From Paludibacter sp. (lineage in GTDB: Bacteria > Bacteroidota > Bacteroidia > Bacteroidales > Paludibacteraceae): DNA of 64,000 bases. The position numbers were made by a program, and so were the translations under genes. Below the pieces are notes generated by a model, which saw only the letters and a list, made by a program, of their open reading frames with translations, searched no databases and was not told the origin of the DNA. The DNA lies in contig JAYFQH010000026.1 of assembly GCA_034927265.1 (NCBI GenBank), positions 2,220-66,219 on the forward strand. Reading direction: 5' to 3'. Shown here piece by piece: positions 18,830-27,489 of this stretch; positions within the stretch are counted from its first letter, which is position 1, and every line of letters begins with the position of its first letter.

Positions 18830-18885
18830 CTCAACTTTCAACTTTCAACTTTCAACTTTCAACTCTCCACTCTCCACTCCCCACT
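18830..18885. repeat. Tandem heptamer array, 8 units (CTCAACT, TTCAACT x4, CTCCACT x2, CCCCACT); right arm of the cassette
   Basis: Exact period 7, read directly. The last unit overlaps the tamB TAG stop codon (18884-18886). Confidence 0.9.
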
Positions 18886-21800
18886 ATTCCGGTTTCCTGA
18901 ACAACTCCTTCCACCAGTTAAAATCCCGCACATACACTATTCCTGCACCTGTTTCAACCAATTGCCCTTCAATAACCCCTTCATACTGATTATTTCTGAA
19001 CCCTTTCAGGCGATAACGTCCATCCTCAGTGAGTTTATATTCTACGGTTACATCCCCCGCAATGTTGCCCGCCGAATTTTGCTTTGCTTTTTCTCCTTCC
19101 ACATCCACCGATCCTCCAATTTCTACTGTCAAACGGTTGTTGAACAATTCTTTTTTCAGTCCGACTTCTACCTGTGTCCTGCCTTCGGCATTTCCGCTCT
19201 GATAATCTTCGTAGGATTGAACATCGAAATTCAATTCGACACCCGGCACAAAACCCGAACTGAAACGGTTCAGTTGTTCTGTCAGGAAACTGCTCACTGT
19301 GGAACGCAGCAGTGCTGAAGTACCTGCCGACTCCGATTGAAGTGGGTTTTCCTGTACAAACCTGCCCAGCACTAACAGGGCAAAAACCTGCTTGTTCAGT
19401 GCCGAGGGATCTTCGTTGAGCAAATTCAGCTTTTGTTGCATGGCGCCTGATAAGATGCCTTTGTCCTCAGGCAGTAACTGAATTTCGAAACTGATTTCCG
19501 GCTGCATCATTTCACCCCGCATTTTCAGTAACACAACAAAAGGATATTGTTGCTTGTATCCTGCCTGCTCAGCATTGGTGAGTCCAGCCATCTGTTCTGC
19601 CACCAGATTATAGGGCGCTGTGCGGACCATGTAACTTGCATTGATATTGATGTTGGCATCCATCGGATCGCCATTCCATACAATGGTACTGCCGGGAACT
19701 ATCCCGAATTTCTTTTTGATGATGGATTCCAGCGAAACGAGATAACTGCCTTCGTTTACTTCATAAGTGCCGGTCAGACTCATCTTTCCGCTTCTGTCCA
19801 TGGTCAGACTCAGCGCGGCATTTCCTTTTACCACCAGCGAATCGGAGGATGCGGGATCCATGAATAAGCGCAGGGTGGCATCCTTGTCGACTTCAATAAC
19901 CGACGACAGATCGAAACCGCTGAAACCTGCGACAGCTGTTTCTTGCTGTAAATATTCCTTTTTAGTGCTGTCGGTAAAAACGACGATGTCTTCTCCCTTA
20001 TAGGTGGTGAGTTGTTCTTCGGGCACCACGAAACTGAAACGGGAGCCCGCCTTCATCTTTAAACGGGCACGTACAACCGGCACCGAAAGCGGACCGCTGA
20101 TGTCAATGTCACTATCGATGATCATTTTTCCGTAGAACAAATCATTATCTTTTGCTGTGGTGTTGAACAAAAGGAAATCTTTTGAATTTACATTCAGATC
20201 AAAACGAAAATCAGAGAATTCTTTCATCTTTATTGATCCGTCAACCACAGCTTTTTGTTGATTGACATCCCGGATGGTAAAGGCGTTGAAATAAATCCCG
20301 TCAGTTCTCAGCGTGATACTTTCATCTTTCAGAAAGATGGTATTATTCAGGAAAGCAGGTTTCATCTCTGCGTTTTTGAAAGTCAGGTTTCCGTTGATCT
20401 TCGGATGATTCGTATTTCCTTCCACCACAAATTTTCCACCGACAAGACCTGATGCCTGCGAAAGTTGTCCCATCGAAAATGCTTCGATGGTTTTCATTGA
20501 GAGGGAGTGCAATACGGCATCAACTTTAATGGCATTGTCTTCGCCATTCAGGAGATAATAACCGTTGGCTGACAAATCGTTTCCTTCGCCGGTCAGACTC
20601 AGGTCTATATCGACTCTGTCGGTAACGGGGTTTGAAGCTTTTAAACTCAGATTGCCGACAGGGATACCCTGCACTGCTAACTGCGCGATTTCAGCATCAG
20701 CAGTGATACTGTAACCGCTACTCATTTTTTTTAGCAGGGCATTCGCTTCCAACCGACCTTTCAGCAGGTCATTGTTCTTAAAATGCGAGTCGTCAATGGA
20801 GGATAGATGTGCGCTAAGCTGATTGTCGGCCACTTTTCCTTTCAGGCGAATGTTATCCACCTGCATTTGTCCAAAGGAAAACGATGAAGTGAAAAGTTGA
20901 TAATTAAGTGCACCGGCATCGGATTTTAATTCAAATCCGATGTCTTTTATCTCATTGTTGCCATAAATGAGCTTTTGAATGCCTGCATTTATGTTGAGTG
21001 CTTCTTTCGAACCGTCATAATTTCCATGGATAACCCCGGGAATAAATTCATGTAAGTCAGGTAAAAATTCAGCAATAAAGGGATGGTTGTATGGTTGTAT
21101 ATCGAACTGAAATACTATATTGGTATATTTCTTTGCCACCGGTTGAGTGTCGGTCAATGCAAAATACCGGTTGATAAACTGAGTGCCCCATTCTGCCAGT
21201 GCCAACGGTGAAAGATTCCCGCTATAGCTGAGAGCAAGCAAATCGCTGCGGAGTTTCAGTTCGTTTTTTTGCTTCTGCTGGGTGAGGTCCACAATGATGG
21301 AGTCGAGCAGATATGCTTTCCCATTTAAGCCCAGATTTAGTTCGTTGATTTCCGCATGTAGCATATTCAGGTCAAAGCCCTTTCCCTCTGCACTGGCATT
21401 GAGCGACAGCTGACCATAGGATTTGTCTTTCATCAAACTTCCCAGATCAAAGGGTGTCAGTTGTAGATCAACATTATATCTTTCACCTTTAGCCAGCGAG
21501 GCTGTCATCAGCGCATTACCATAAGAGCTAAATAAGCCTGCCGAACTTTCAAAATCACTGATACCTCCATAAAAATCAACATTCAGGCGGATGTTATCCG
21601 GTAGTTCGATGCTTTCAGGAATGAGGTTTCCGGCCATCATCAGCAAATCCTTTTTATTCGACTGTATGGTAAGATTCGGAAAATCAAAATGTGCCTTTTC
21701 CATATCAGGCAGGCCAGAGATGTGAAAGCTCGTATTTAATACAGTATTACGACCTGCTTTTACGATAAGGTTTTTTCCTTTCAGATTATTTATTTGTCCG

Positions 21801-22867
21801 TCAATACTACCTTTCAGGGTCGTAATATGCGCTTTGTTTTTGAAGAAACCAATGGTTGCCGGCATCGGACTGAAATATACAATATCAGCATTGCTAAAAC
21901 CCGATTGCCTGATGTAGGCTTTGATTTTTAGTTGTCCTAATGAATCCGCAATCGATGACAAAGAAGCAAATTGCAGTTGCACCTCACCATCAATAAAGGA
22001 GGTTGAGGTATTTGCCTTCAACGGTGCCAGAGTAATCGAATGGGCATCCATTTTAAAGATTGTTTCAAAACGGGTAATGGTGAAATTGTTTTGATCAGTG
22101 GCACTGAACTGCTTAACCGTGAATTCCTTCTTTTCAGTACTGTACAAGATATCCCTGAGTTCTAAATTTAGCTTCCTGAATTGTAGATTGCCTGCATCAA
22201 AAACTTTTTTGTTCGCAGGATTTCTCTCCGTTTGATAAGTGATAGCATTATCTTTCAACGATATTTCATTCAATTTAATACAGAACTCACGGGTGTTGAT
22301 GGAAATTCCCTTCACTCCGAGCCGATAGATGGTTGCTGAGGTATATAGCTGGTTATAAACATCTTCATACAATATGCGCGAGTTCCTTATATTAAGTTGA
22401 TCCAGATTAAATGCCCATGGGTTTGACTGGGCATTTGTGCTAGTGTCGCTACTGAAAGCTGTGAGCAGAAACTGATAGTTAAACAGCGAATCTGTTGGGG
22501 TATTGTACACTTTAACAATCGCCTTATCCAAATAGAGATGACGAACATTGATATGATTATTGAAAACATCTTTCAGTGAGAAGTTCAATCTGGCTTCACC
22601 GGCATAAAGCAGCGTATCCTTCTGAAGGTCTTCGATAAAAACACCCTCAAGCGACAATGCATTTGGAAATGAAATACCCAGGTGCTCAATTTCAACGCGG
22701 GTGTGGGTTTTGTTGCTGATGTATCCTGTAGCGAAACTAACCAAAGCATTCTGAACAGATGGAAGTTGAATAATACCGGCAAGGAGAATGAAAAAAAACA
22801 CGAAAACTGCAACAACCCAAAGGATTGCTTTGAAAATTCTTTTAAATATTTGAAGCGCTTTATGCAT
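18884..22867 (-). CDS. tamB: Translocation and assembly module protein TamB (AsmA-like/DUF490 family)
   Basis: 1327 aa with an N-terminal membrane anchor (AILWVVAVFVFFFILLAGII), a long beta-rich repetitive body and a conserved C-terminal domain. It is adjacent to the Omp85 partner. Confidence 0.8.
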   Translation of the reverse strand: MHKALQIFKRIFKAILWVVAVFVFFFILLAGIIQLPSVQNALVSFATGYISNKTHTRVEIEHLGISFPNALSLEGVFIEDLQKDTLLYAGEARLNFSLKDVFNNHINVRHLYLDKAIVKVYNTPTDSLFNYQFLLTAFSSDTSTNAQSNPWAFNLDQLNIRNSRILYEDVYNQLYTSATIYRLGVKGISINTREFCIKLNEISLKDNAITYQTERNPANKKVFDAGNLQFRKLNLELRDILYSTEKKEFTVKQFSATDQNNFTITRFETIFKMDAHSITLAPLKANTSTSFIDGEVQLQFASLSSIADSLGQLKIKAYIRQSGFSNADIVYFSPMPATIGFFKNKAHITTLKGSIDGQINNLKGKNLIVKAGRNTVLNTSFHISGLPDMEKAHFDFPNLTIQSNKKDLLMMAGNLIPESIELPDNIRLNVDFYGGISDFESSAGLFSSYGNALMTASLAKGERYNVDLQLTPFDLGSLMKDKSYGQLSLNASAEGKGFDLNMLHAEINELNLGLNGKAYLLDSIIVDLTQQKQKNELKLRSDLLALSYSGNLSPLALAEWGTQFINRYFALTDTQPVAKKYTNIVFQFDIQPYNHPFIAEFLPDLHEFIPGVIHGNYDGSKEALNINAGIQKLIYGNNEIKDIGFELKSDAGALNYQLFTSSFSFGQMQVDNIRLKGKVADNQLSAHLSSIDDSHFKNNDLLKGRLEANALLKKMSSGYSITADAEIAQLAVQGIPVGNLSLKASNPVTDRVDIDLSLTGEGNDLSANGYYLLNGEDNAIKVDAVLHSLSMKTIEAFSMGQLSQASGLVGGKFVVEGNTNHPKINGNLTFKNAEMKPAFLNNTIFLKDESITLRTDGIYFNAFTIRDVNQQKAVVDGSIKMKEFSDFRFDLNVNSKDFLLFNTTAKDNDLFYGKMIIDSDIDISGPLSVPVVRARLKMKAGSRFSFVVPEEQLTTYKGEDIVVFTDSTKKEYLQQETAVAGFSGFDLSSVIEVDKDATLRLFMDPASSDSLVVKGNAALSLTMDRSGKMSLTGTYEVNEGSYLVSLESIIKKKFGIVPGSTIVWNGDPMDANININASYMVRTAPYNLVAEQMAGLTNAEQAGYKQQYPFVVLLKMRGEMMQPEISFEIQLLPEDKGILSGAMQQKLNLLNEDPSALNKQVFALLVLGRFVQENPLQSESAGTSALLRSTVSSFLTEQLNRFSSGFVPGVELNFDVQSYEDYQSGNAEGRTQVEVGLKKELFNNRLTVEIGGSVDVEGEKAKQNSAGNIAGDVTVEYKLTEDGRYRLKGFRNNQYEGVIEGQLVETGAGIVYVRDFNWWKELFRKPE

Positions 22868-22964
22868 ATTGGCGTTCCATGATTCATAGCAAATATCCGA
22901 AAATTCTTTGAATAATCCGATTATATTTGATATAAATTCTTGATTCGCTTTAATTCCAAATTAT

Positions 22965-22972
22965 TATCTTTG
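22965..22972 (+). promoter_or_regulatory. Candidate -7 box TATCTTTG
   Basis: TAnnTTTG match 43 nt upstream of the lactonase ATG. Confidence 0.45.
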
Positions 22973-23014
22973 TAATTTGATGAAATAAATACAAATCCAG
23001 TTTATCCAAATATC

Positions 23015-24121
23015 ATGAAACGAATTTTAATTTTATCACTGTTCTCAATTATCTTCATACAATTTCATGCCCAGTCAACCGAATACCGCCTCCTCATCGG
23101 CACCTACACCAGCAATGGTAAAAGCGAGGGCATCTACAGTTACAAAATAAATGTGGAAAGAGGAATCTTCGAAAAGCAATCGGTAGCGAAGGAAATAAAG
23201 AACCCGAGCTTTCTGGCACTAACTGCCGATAAGAAATTCCTTTATGTGGTGGGAGAATCGGACAAAGCCAGTAGGGCAGGAGCTTTTGCTTTCAACCCTA
23301 AAGATGCAACTTTCCGGTTTATCAACAGTTCGGAAACAAAAAGTAAAGGTCCCTGCTACATTTCGGCAAGTAATAAGCATGTTTTTACGGCCAATTATGG
23401 TGGTGGTAGTATCTCGGTATTCGGTCGCCAGTCTGATGGAGCACTGAGCGAACTTCAGCAGTTAATTGTACACACCGGTAGCAGTATTCATCCCGAACGT
23501 CAGACCAAACCCTATGTGCACCAGGTGTTGCTGACACCCGACAAGAAATACCTGATTGCGAATGATCTGGGTACGGACATAGTTACGGTATACCGTTATG
23601 ATGAAAATGCCACAACGCAGGTACTCACACCTCATGACAGTATTAAGGTGAAATTGGGCAGTGGTCCGCGTCACATGGCTATCAGTAAAGATGGTAAATT
23701 TGCTTATCTGATGCAGGAAGTGGATGGTACGGTAACTGCCTTTTCATTAAAAAACGGTAAACTGACTATTTTGCAGGAAACCACAGTGATCACACCGCAA
23801 TCGGGCGATGAGGCACGTGCTGCCGATATTCATCTCTCTCCCGATGGGAAATTCGTGTATGCTACCAACCGCGGAACGGCCAGCAATATTACCTGTTTCG
23901 CAGTGGGAAAGGACGGAAAACTAACTTTCGTTCAACAAATATCCTCAGGAGGAGTTGGTCCACGCAATTTTAACCTGACGCCTGATGGAAAATATGTATT
24001 TGTGGCCAATCAGAATTCTGATAATATAGTGGTTTTTCAAAGAGATAAGAAAACCGGAGCATTAACAAATACCGGAAAAATGATGCAGGTTGGCGCTCCT
24101 GTCTGCTTAGTATTCTATTAA
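23015..24121 (+). CDS. Lactonase family protein (7-bladed beta-propeller, 6-phosphogluconolactonase-like) with a signal peptide
   Basis: 368 aa with repeated propeller-blade patterns ([52 protein letters not shown]), typical of YbhE/Pgl-like lactonases. Confidence 0.75.
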   Translation: MKRILILSLFSIIFIQFHAQSTEYRLLIGTYTSNGKSEGIYSYKINVERGIFEKQSVAKEIKNPSFLALTADKKFLYVVGESDKASRAGAFAFNPKDATFRFINSSETKSKGPCYISASNKHVFTANYGGGSISVFGRQSDGALSELQQLIVHTGSSIHPERQTKPYVHQVLLTPDKKYLIANDLGTDIVTVYRYDENATTQVLTPHDSIKVKLGSGPRHMAISKDGKFAYLMQEVDGTVTAFSLKNGKLTILQETTVITPQSGDEARAADIHLSPDGKFVYATNRGTASNITCFAVGKDGKLTFVQQISSGGVGPRNFNLTPDGKYVFVANQNSDNIVVFQRDKKTGALTNTGKMMQVGAPVCLVFY

Positions 24122-24128
24122 ATTTTTG

Positions 24129-24136
24129 TACCTTTG
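24129..24136 (+). promoter_or_regulatory. Candidate -7 box TACCTTTG
   Basis: TAnnTTTG match 35 nt upstream of the nagB ATG at 24171. Confidence 0.4.
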
Positions 24137-24170
24137 TGTCTTTAAAAATAACACAGTAAAACTATCAATT

Positions 24171-24965
24171 ATGAGATTAATTATTCAGAAAAATTACGAT
24201 TTGGTTTCAAAATGGACAGCACTTTACATTGCCGGTAAAATTAACGATGCTAAACCAACTGCTGCCAAACCTTTTGTACTTGGTTTACCTACCGGATCAA
24301 CACCGCTTGGTACCTACAAAAACCTGATTGACCTTTACAAGCAGGGTAAAGTTTCGTTTAAAAATGTGGTTACTTTTAACATGGATGAATATGTGGGAAT
24401 ACCACAAAGCCATGAACAAAGCTATTACACCTTCATGTGGAATAATTTTTTCAGTCATATTGATGTGCAAAAGGAAAATGTAAACATTCTGAATGGCAAT
24501 GCTCCTGATCTGAATGCTGAATGTGCTGCTTATGAGGCTAAAATCGCTTCTTACGGAGGTATCGATTTGTTCCTTGGAGGTATTGGTCCCGACGGACATA
24601 TCGCTTTCAACGAACCAGCATCGTCCTTATCTTCCAGAACACGTATCAAAACATTGACACAGGATACAATTATTGCCAACTCCCGTTTCTTTGATAATGA
24701 TGTAAACAAAGTGCCTAAAAATGCCCTGACCGTGGGTGTGGGAACGGTTTGTGATGCTAAGGAAGTGGTGATCATAGTTAATGGTCATAATAAGGCCCGT
24801 GCATTACGCCATGCCGTTGAAGAACCAGTTAATCATATGTGGACCATCAGTGCGCTGCAACTGCATCCTAAAGCAATTATCGCTTGCGATGATGCTGCCT
24901 GCGCTGAATTGAAAGTAGGAACATATAAGTATTTCCTGGATATTGAAAAAGAAGCAATAATGTAA
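24171..24965 (+). CDS. nagB: Glucosamine-6-phosphate deaminase
   Basis: MRLIIQ start, [16 protein letters not shown] and [13 protein letters not shown] motifs. The six-frame ORF start at 24126 is an upstream extension. Confidence 0.92.
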   Translation: MRLIIQKNYDLVSKWTALYIAGKINDAKPTAAKPFVLGLPTGSTPLGTYKNLIDLYKQGKVSFKNVVTFNMDEYVGIPQSHEQSYYTFMWNNFFSHIDVQKENVNILNGNAPDLNAECAAYEAKIASYGGIDLFLGGIGPDGHIAFNEPASSLSSRTRIKTLTQDTIIANSRFFDNDVNKVPKNALTVGVGTVCDAKEVVIIVNGHNKARALRHAVEEPVNHMWTISALQLHPKAIIACDDAACAELKVGTYKYFLDIEKEAIM

Positions 24966-24982
24966 GATCGTTTCGATATTTT

Positions 24983-25017
24983 CAGCCCCGGAAACTACCA
25001 AACGGTTTCCGGGGCTG
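24983..25017. terminator. Bidirectional intrinsic-type terminator hairpin (13 bp GC-rich stem)
   Basis: cagccccggaaac / 9-nt loop / gtttccggggctg, located between the convergent nagB and GH88-DUF2264 genes. Confidence 0.7.
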
Positions 25018-25074
25018 ATTGTTGATACAAGGTATCTTTCATATTTTCTCCTCAACTTTTACGAGTGTACTTTC

Positions 25075-27456
25075 TTAATCTTTCAACGCCTTATCTGCAT
25101 TCAAATCGACACCGTCCCATGCTTTTTTTGATGTCCATCTGGTCGGTGGATTACTCCAGAACGGATCGCTTTCGGGTAATCCGAGAGCGATGAACACGGC
25201 TGAGCACAGGTAAAGACTTCCGGTAGATATATATGTCTCACCGATAGCGGGTTGATAACCGACCATACCGACTCTTAACCAACCATTCGGATTGAAAGTT
25301 CCGGGTGCATTGATCTGCCGGTTGATAATGGCAGAAAGACCGCATCTTACCTGGGCGGGATCTATGCTCCCGGGCAACAGTTTGCGGTAGGCTGCATCGG
25401 AAAGCGCCTGAAATGCCCCGAAACGATACGCTAACGAGCGTCCGACAACAGGATAAGTACCTTCGGGAGAGATCAGCCGTTCCTGAAGTTCGGCATAACG
25501 GGCATATCGTGAAATTTCAACATTATAAAAATCCGCATCTTCGGCGTCATGTTTTTTCATGACGGAAAGAATCTCCACCATCATGGGTTGTATGACAAAA
25601 CTGTTGTAGTAGTCTAAGTGAAAGTTAGGTCCGTCTCCGTACCATCCGTCGCCTTTATACCATTGTTTATGCCTTTCCATGGCATACTTTATACGATCGA
25701 ATTTCCATTCGCCGGTGAATTCTTTCAGGGCAGCCTCCACCATGGCCGAGAAAAATAACCAGTTGCTTTCAGATGGTTTAATAACCCGGGATGATTTCAA
25801 TTCCTGAATAACCCGTTGTTGTGTAACCGGATCCAGTTTATCCCATAACTGAGTACGTGCCCGAAGCAGGCCATGTGCCAGAAAAGCCGCATCGACCAAA
25901 GGCTGACGTCCGTTTTTAAAATTCAGGTAATCGGGAGATGAAGGATCTACGCCCTGAGTAATGGACCGAAGCGCCAGGTCGATATATTTTGCTCTCAAAC
26001 GACCTTCTACAGTTTGATCAGGTCCTAACTCCAACCAGGGAGAGATGCCTGTTATAAGGCGTCCCAAAGCTTCCAGATGGGTTACTTCTTTTCTTTTTTC
26101 CATATCGGCGGCATTGGACTCCACAGGCATGTTTTTCCGCAGTTCTCCTTTGCTCATATTGGTCAGCAGGGGATTGGAAATTCGATCCAAAGCACTCAAC
26201 CACAAGGCTCTGTCTTTGTTTTCGGAATAAACGGTGATCAGGTCAGTAACGGGTTTTCCTGCTTTCAGTTTTTTATACCTGATCAAGGCTTCTACAAAAT
26301 AATAATCGGCATAAGTGAGCGGAGCGTCTATTTCATAATTTTTAGCGACAAAGCCGGTTGAATGCTGAAGGATAAAATGATGATTATCCCCTATCTTTTT
26401 AGCTCTGTATGCTGATGAAGCCAGTGATTTCAACTGTTGTTCACCGATTTTCAGAAAATCCTGCGATAATTTACCATCTAAATAAGTACTCATTTCGATA
26501 AAAGCAGAGGCCATAATGGCTCCTGCAGAAGCATCTCTGTATTCTTTAGGGATATTTGGAGCATCAAAATCCCAATAAGGAATTTTATCTTTAGGTAGAT
26601 TCGGATGGTTCATAATAAATCGACCTATTTTTACGGCCTGATCCAGATAAGCTTTTTTACCTGTTTGCCTGTACATCATGGTGAATCCATATAATCCCCA
26701 GGCTTGTCCGCGTGACCACGAAGATCCGTCGTTCACACCTTGATGCGTTATCTGATTCAATACTTTACCGGTAACAGAATCATAGCTCACTACCTGAAAA
26801 GAACTTCCGTCGGGCCTGAAATGATTCTTCATGGTTTTGTCGGCATGCGATTTAGCCATATCATAGTAGGTATTATCGCCTAAGTAAGAAGAAGCTACCG
26901 TTAGCAGTTCCAGGTTCATCATATTATCTATAATGACTGAAAACTGATATTTCCGGCTGTTCCACGAACGGATGGAACCTACTTCGGGAAGAAATCGTTT
27001 GGACAAGGAACGCGCTGCTGTAGTGATCACCTCGCGATAGGCTTCATTTCCCGTGATCCTGTATGCATTTCCGAAGCTGCAATTGATAGTAAAACCCACA
27101 TCATGACTGGAAGTAGTATATTGCTCTCCTTTTACCCGGGCCAACATCTGTTCTGCGGCTTTCCTGACGGATTCATCCCGGCTGTATTCATACAAATACC
27201 ACAGAGTTCCGGGATAAAAACCGGAAGTCCACCAGTTCGACCGGCAGGTGATCAGCTTTCCGTTTTCGACGGTACGGGGCAATATTCCTGGTTCATCCTT
27301 GATTGTTTCATACATTTTCATCGATTGCCTGAGGGAAAAGTCGAGCGCTTCGTCTACCGTTTTTTCCATTGAACTCCGTTGTGAAGATAAGGCAGGTATT
27401 GAAACGCACACCATCAATACCATCAAAATACATTGATTCTTTTTGTTCTTTGTCAT
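25075..27456 (-). CDS. Fusion protein: N-terminal GH88-like domain plus C-terminal DUF2264-like domain
   Basis: The first ~400 aa are paralogous to the GH88 at 2106-3272 (DNMMNLELL, GQAWGLYG, IPYWDFDAPNIP, RDASAGAIMASA). The remaining ~390 aa resemble DUF2264 (WYGDGPNFHLDYYNSFVIQPM, YPVVGRSLAYRFGAF). Confidence 0.7.
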   Translation of the reverse strand: MTKNKKNQCILMVLMVCVSIPALSSQRSSMEKTVDEALDFSLRQSMKMYETIKDEPGILPRTVENGKLITCRSNWWTSGFYPGTLWYLYEYSRDESVRKAAEQMLARVKGEQYTTSSHDVGFTINCSFGNAYRITGNEAYREVITTAARSLSKRFLPEVGSIRSWNSRKYQFSVIIDNMMNLELLTVASSYLGDNTYYDMAKSHADKTMKNHFRPDGSSFQVVSYDSVTGKVLNQITHQGVNDGSSWSRGQAWGLYGFTMMYRQTGKKAYLDQAVKIGRFIMNHPNLPKDKIPYWDFDAPNIPKEYRDASAGAIMASAFIEMSTYLDGKLSQDFLKIGEQQLKSLASSAYRAKKIGDNHHFILQHSTGFVAKNYEIDAPLTYADYYFVEALIRYKKLKAGKPVTDLITVYSENKDRALWLSALDRISNPLLTNMSKGELRKNMPVESNAADMEKRKEVTHLEALGRLITGISPWLELGPDQTVEGRLRAKYIDLALRSITQGVDPSSPDYLNFKNGRQPLVDAAFLAHGLLRARTQLWDKLDPVTQQRVIQELKSSRVIKPSESNWLFFSAMVEAALKEFTGEWKFDRIKYAMERHKQWYKGDGWYGDGPNFHLDYYNSFVIQPMMVEILSVMKKHDAEDADFYNVEISRYARYAELQERLISPEGTYPVVGRSLAYRFGAFQALSDAAYRKLLPGSIDPAQVRCGLSAIINRQINAPGTFNPNGWLRVGMVGYQPAIGETYISTGSLYLCSAVFIALGLPESDPFWSNPPTRWTSKKAWDGVDLNADKALKD

Positions 27457-27489
27457 AAATAATTTAATTAAATATCATATCATTTTATA

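Noticed and set aside
23015-24965. Possibility that the lactonase and nagB form part of the adjacent PULs
   Set aside because: They are separated from both glycan loci by divergent or convergent boundaries and a strong terminator (24983-25017), and each has its own -7 box. NagB is general amino-sugar catabolism, so any link to GAG use is plausible but not supported by the gene arrangement.
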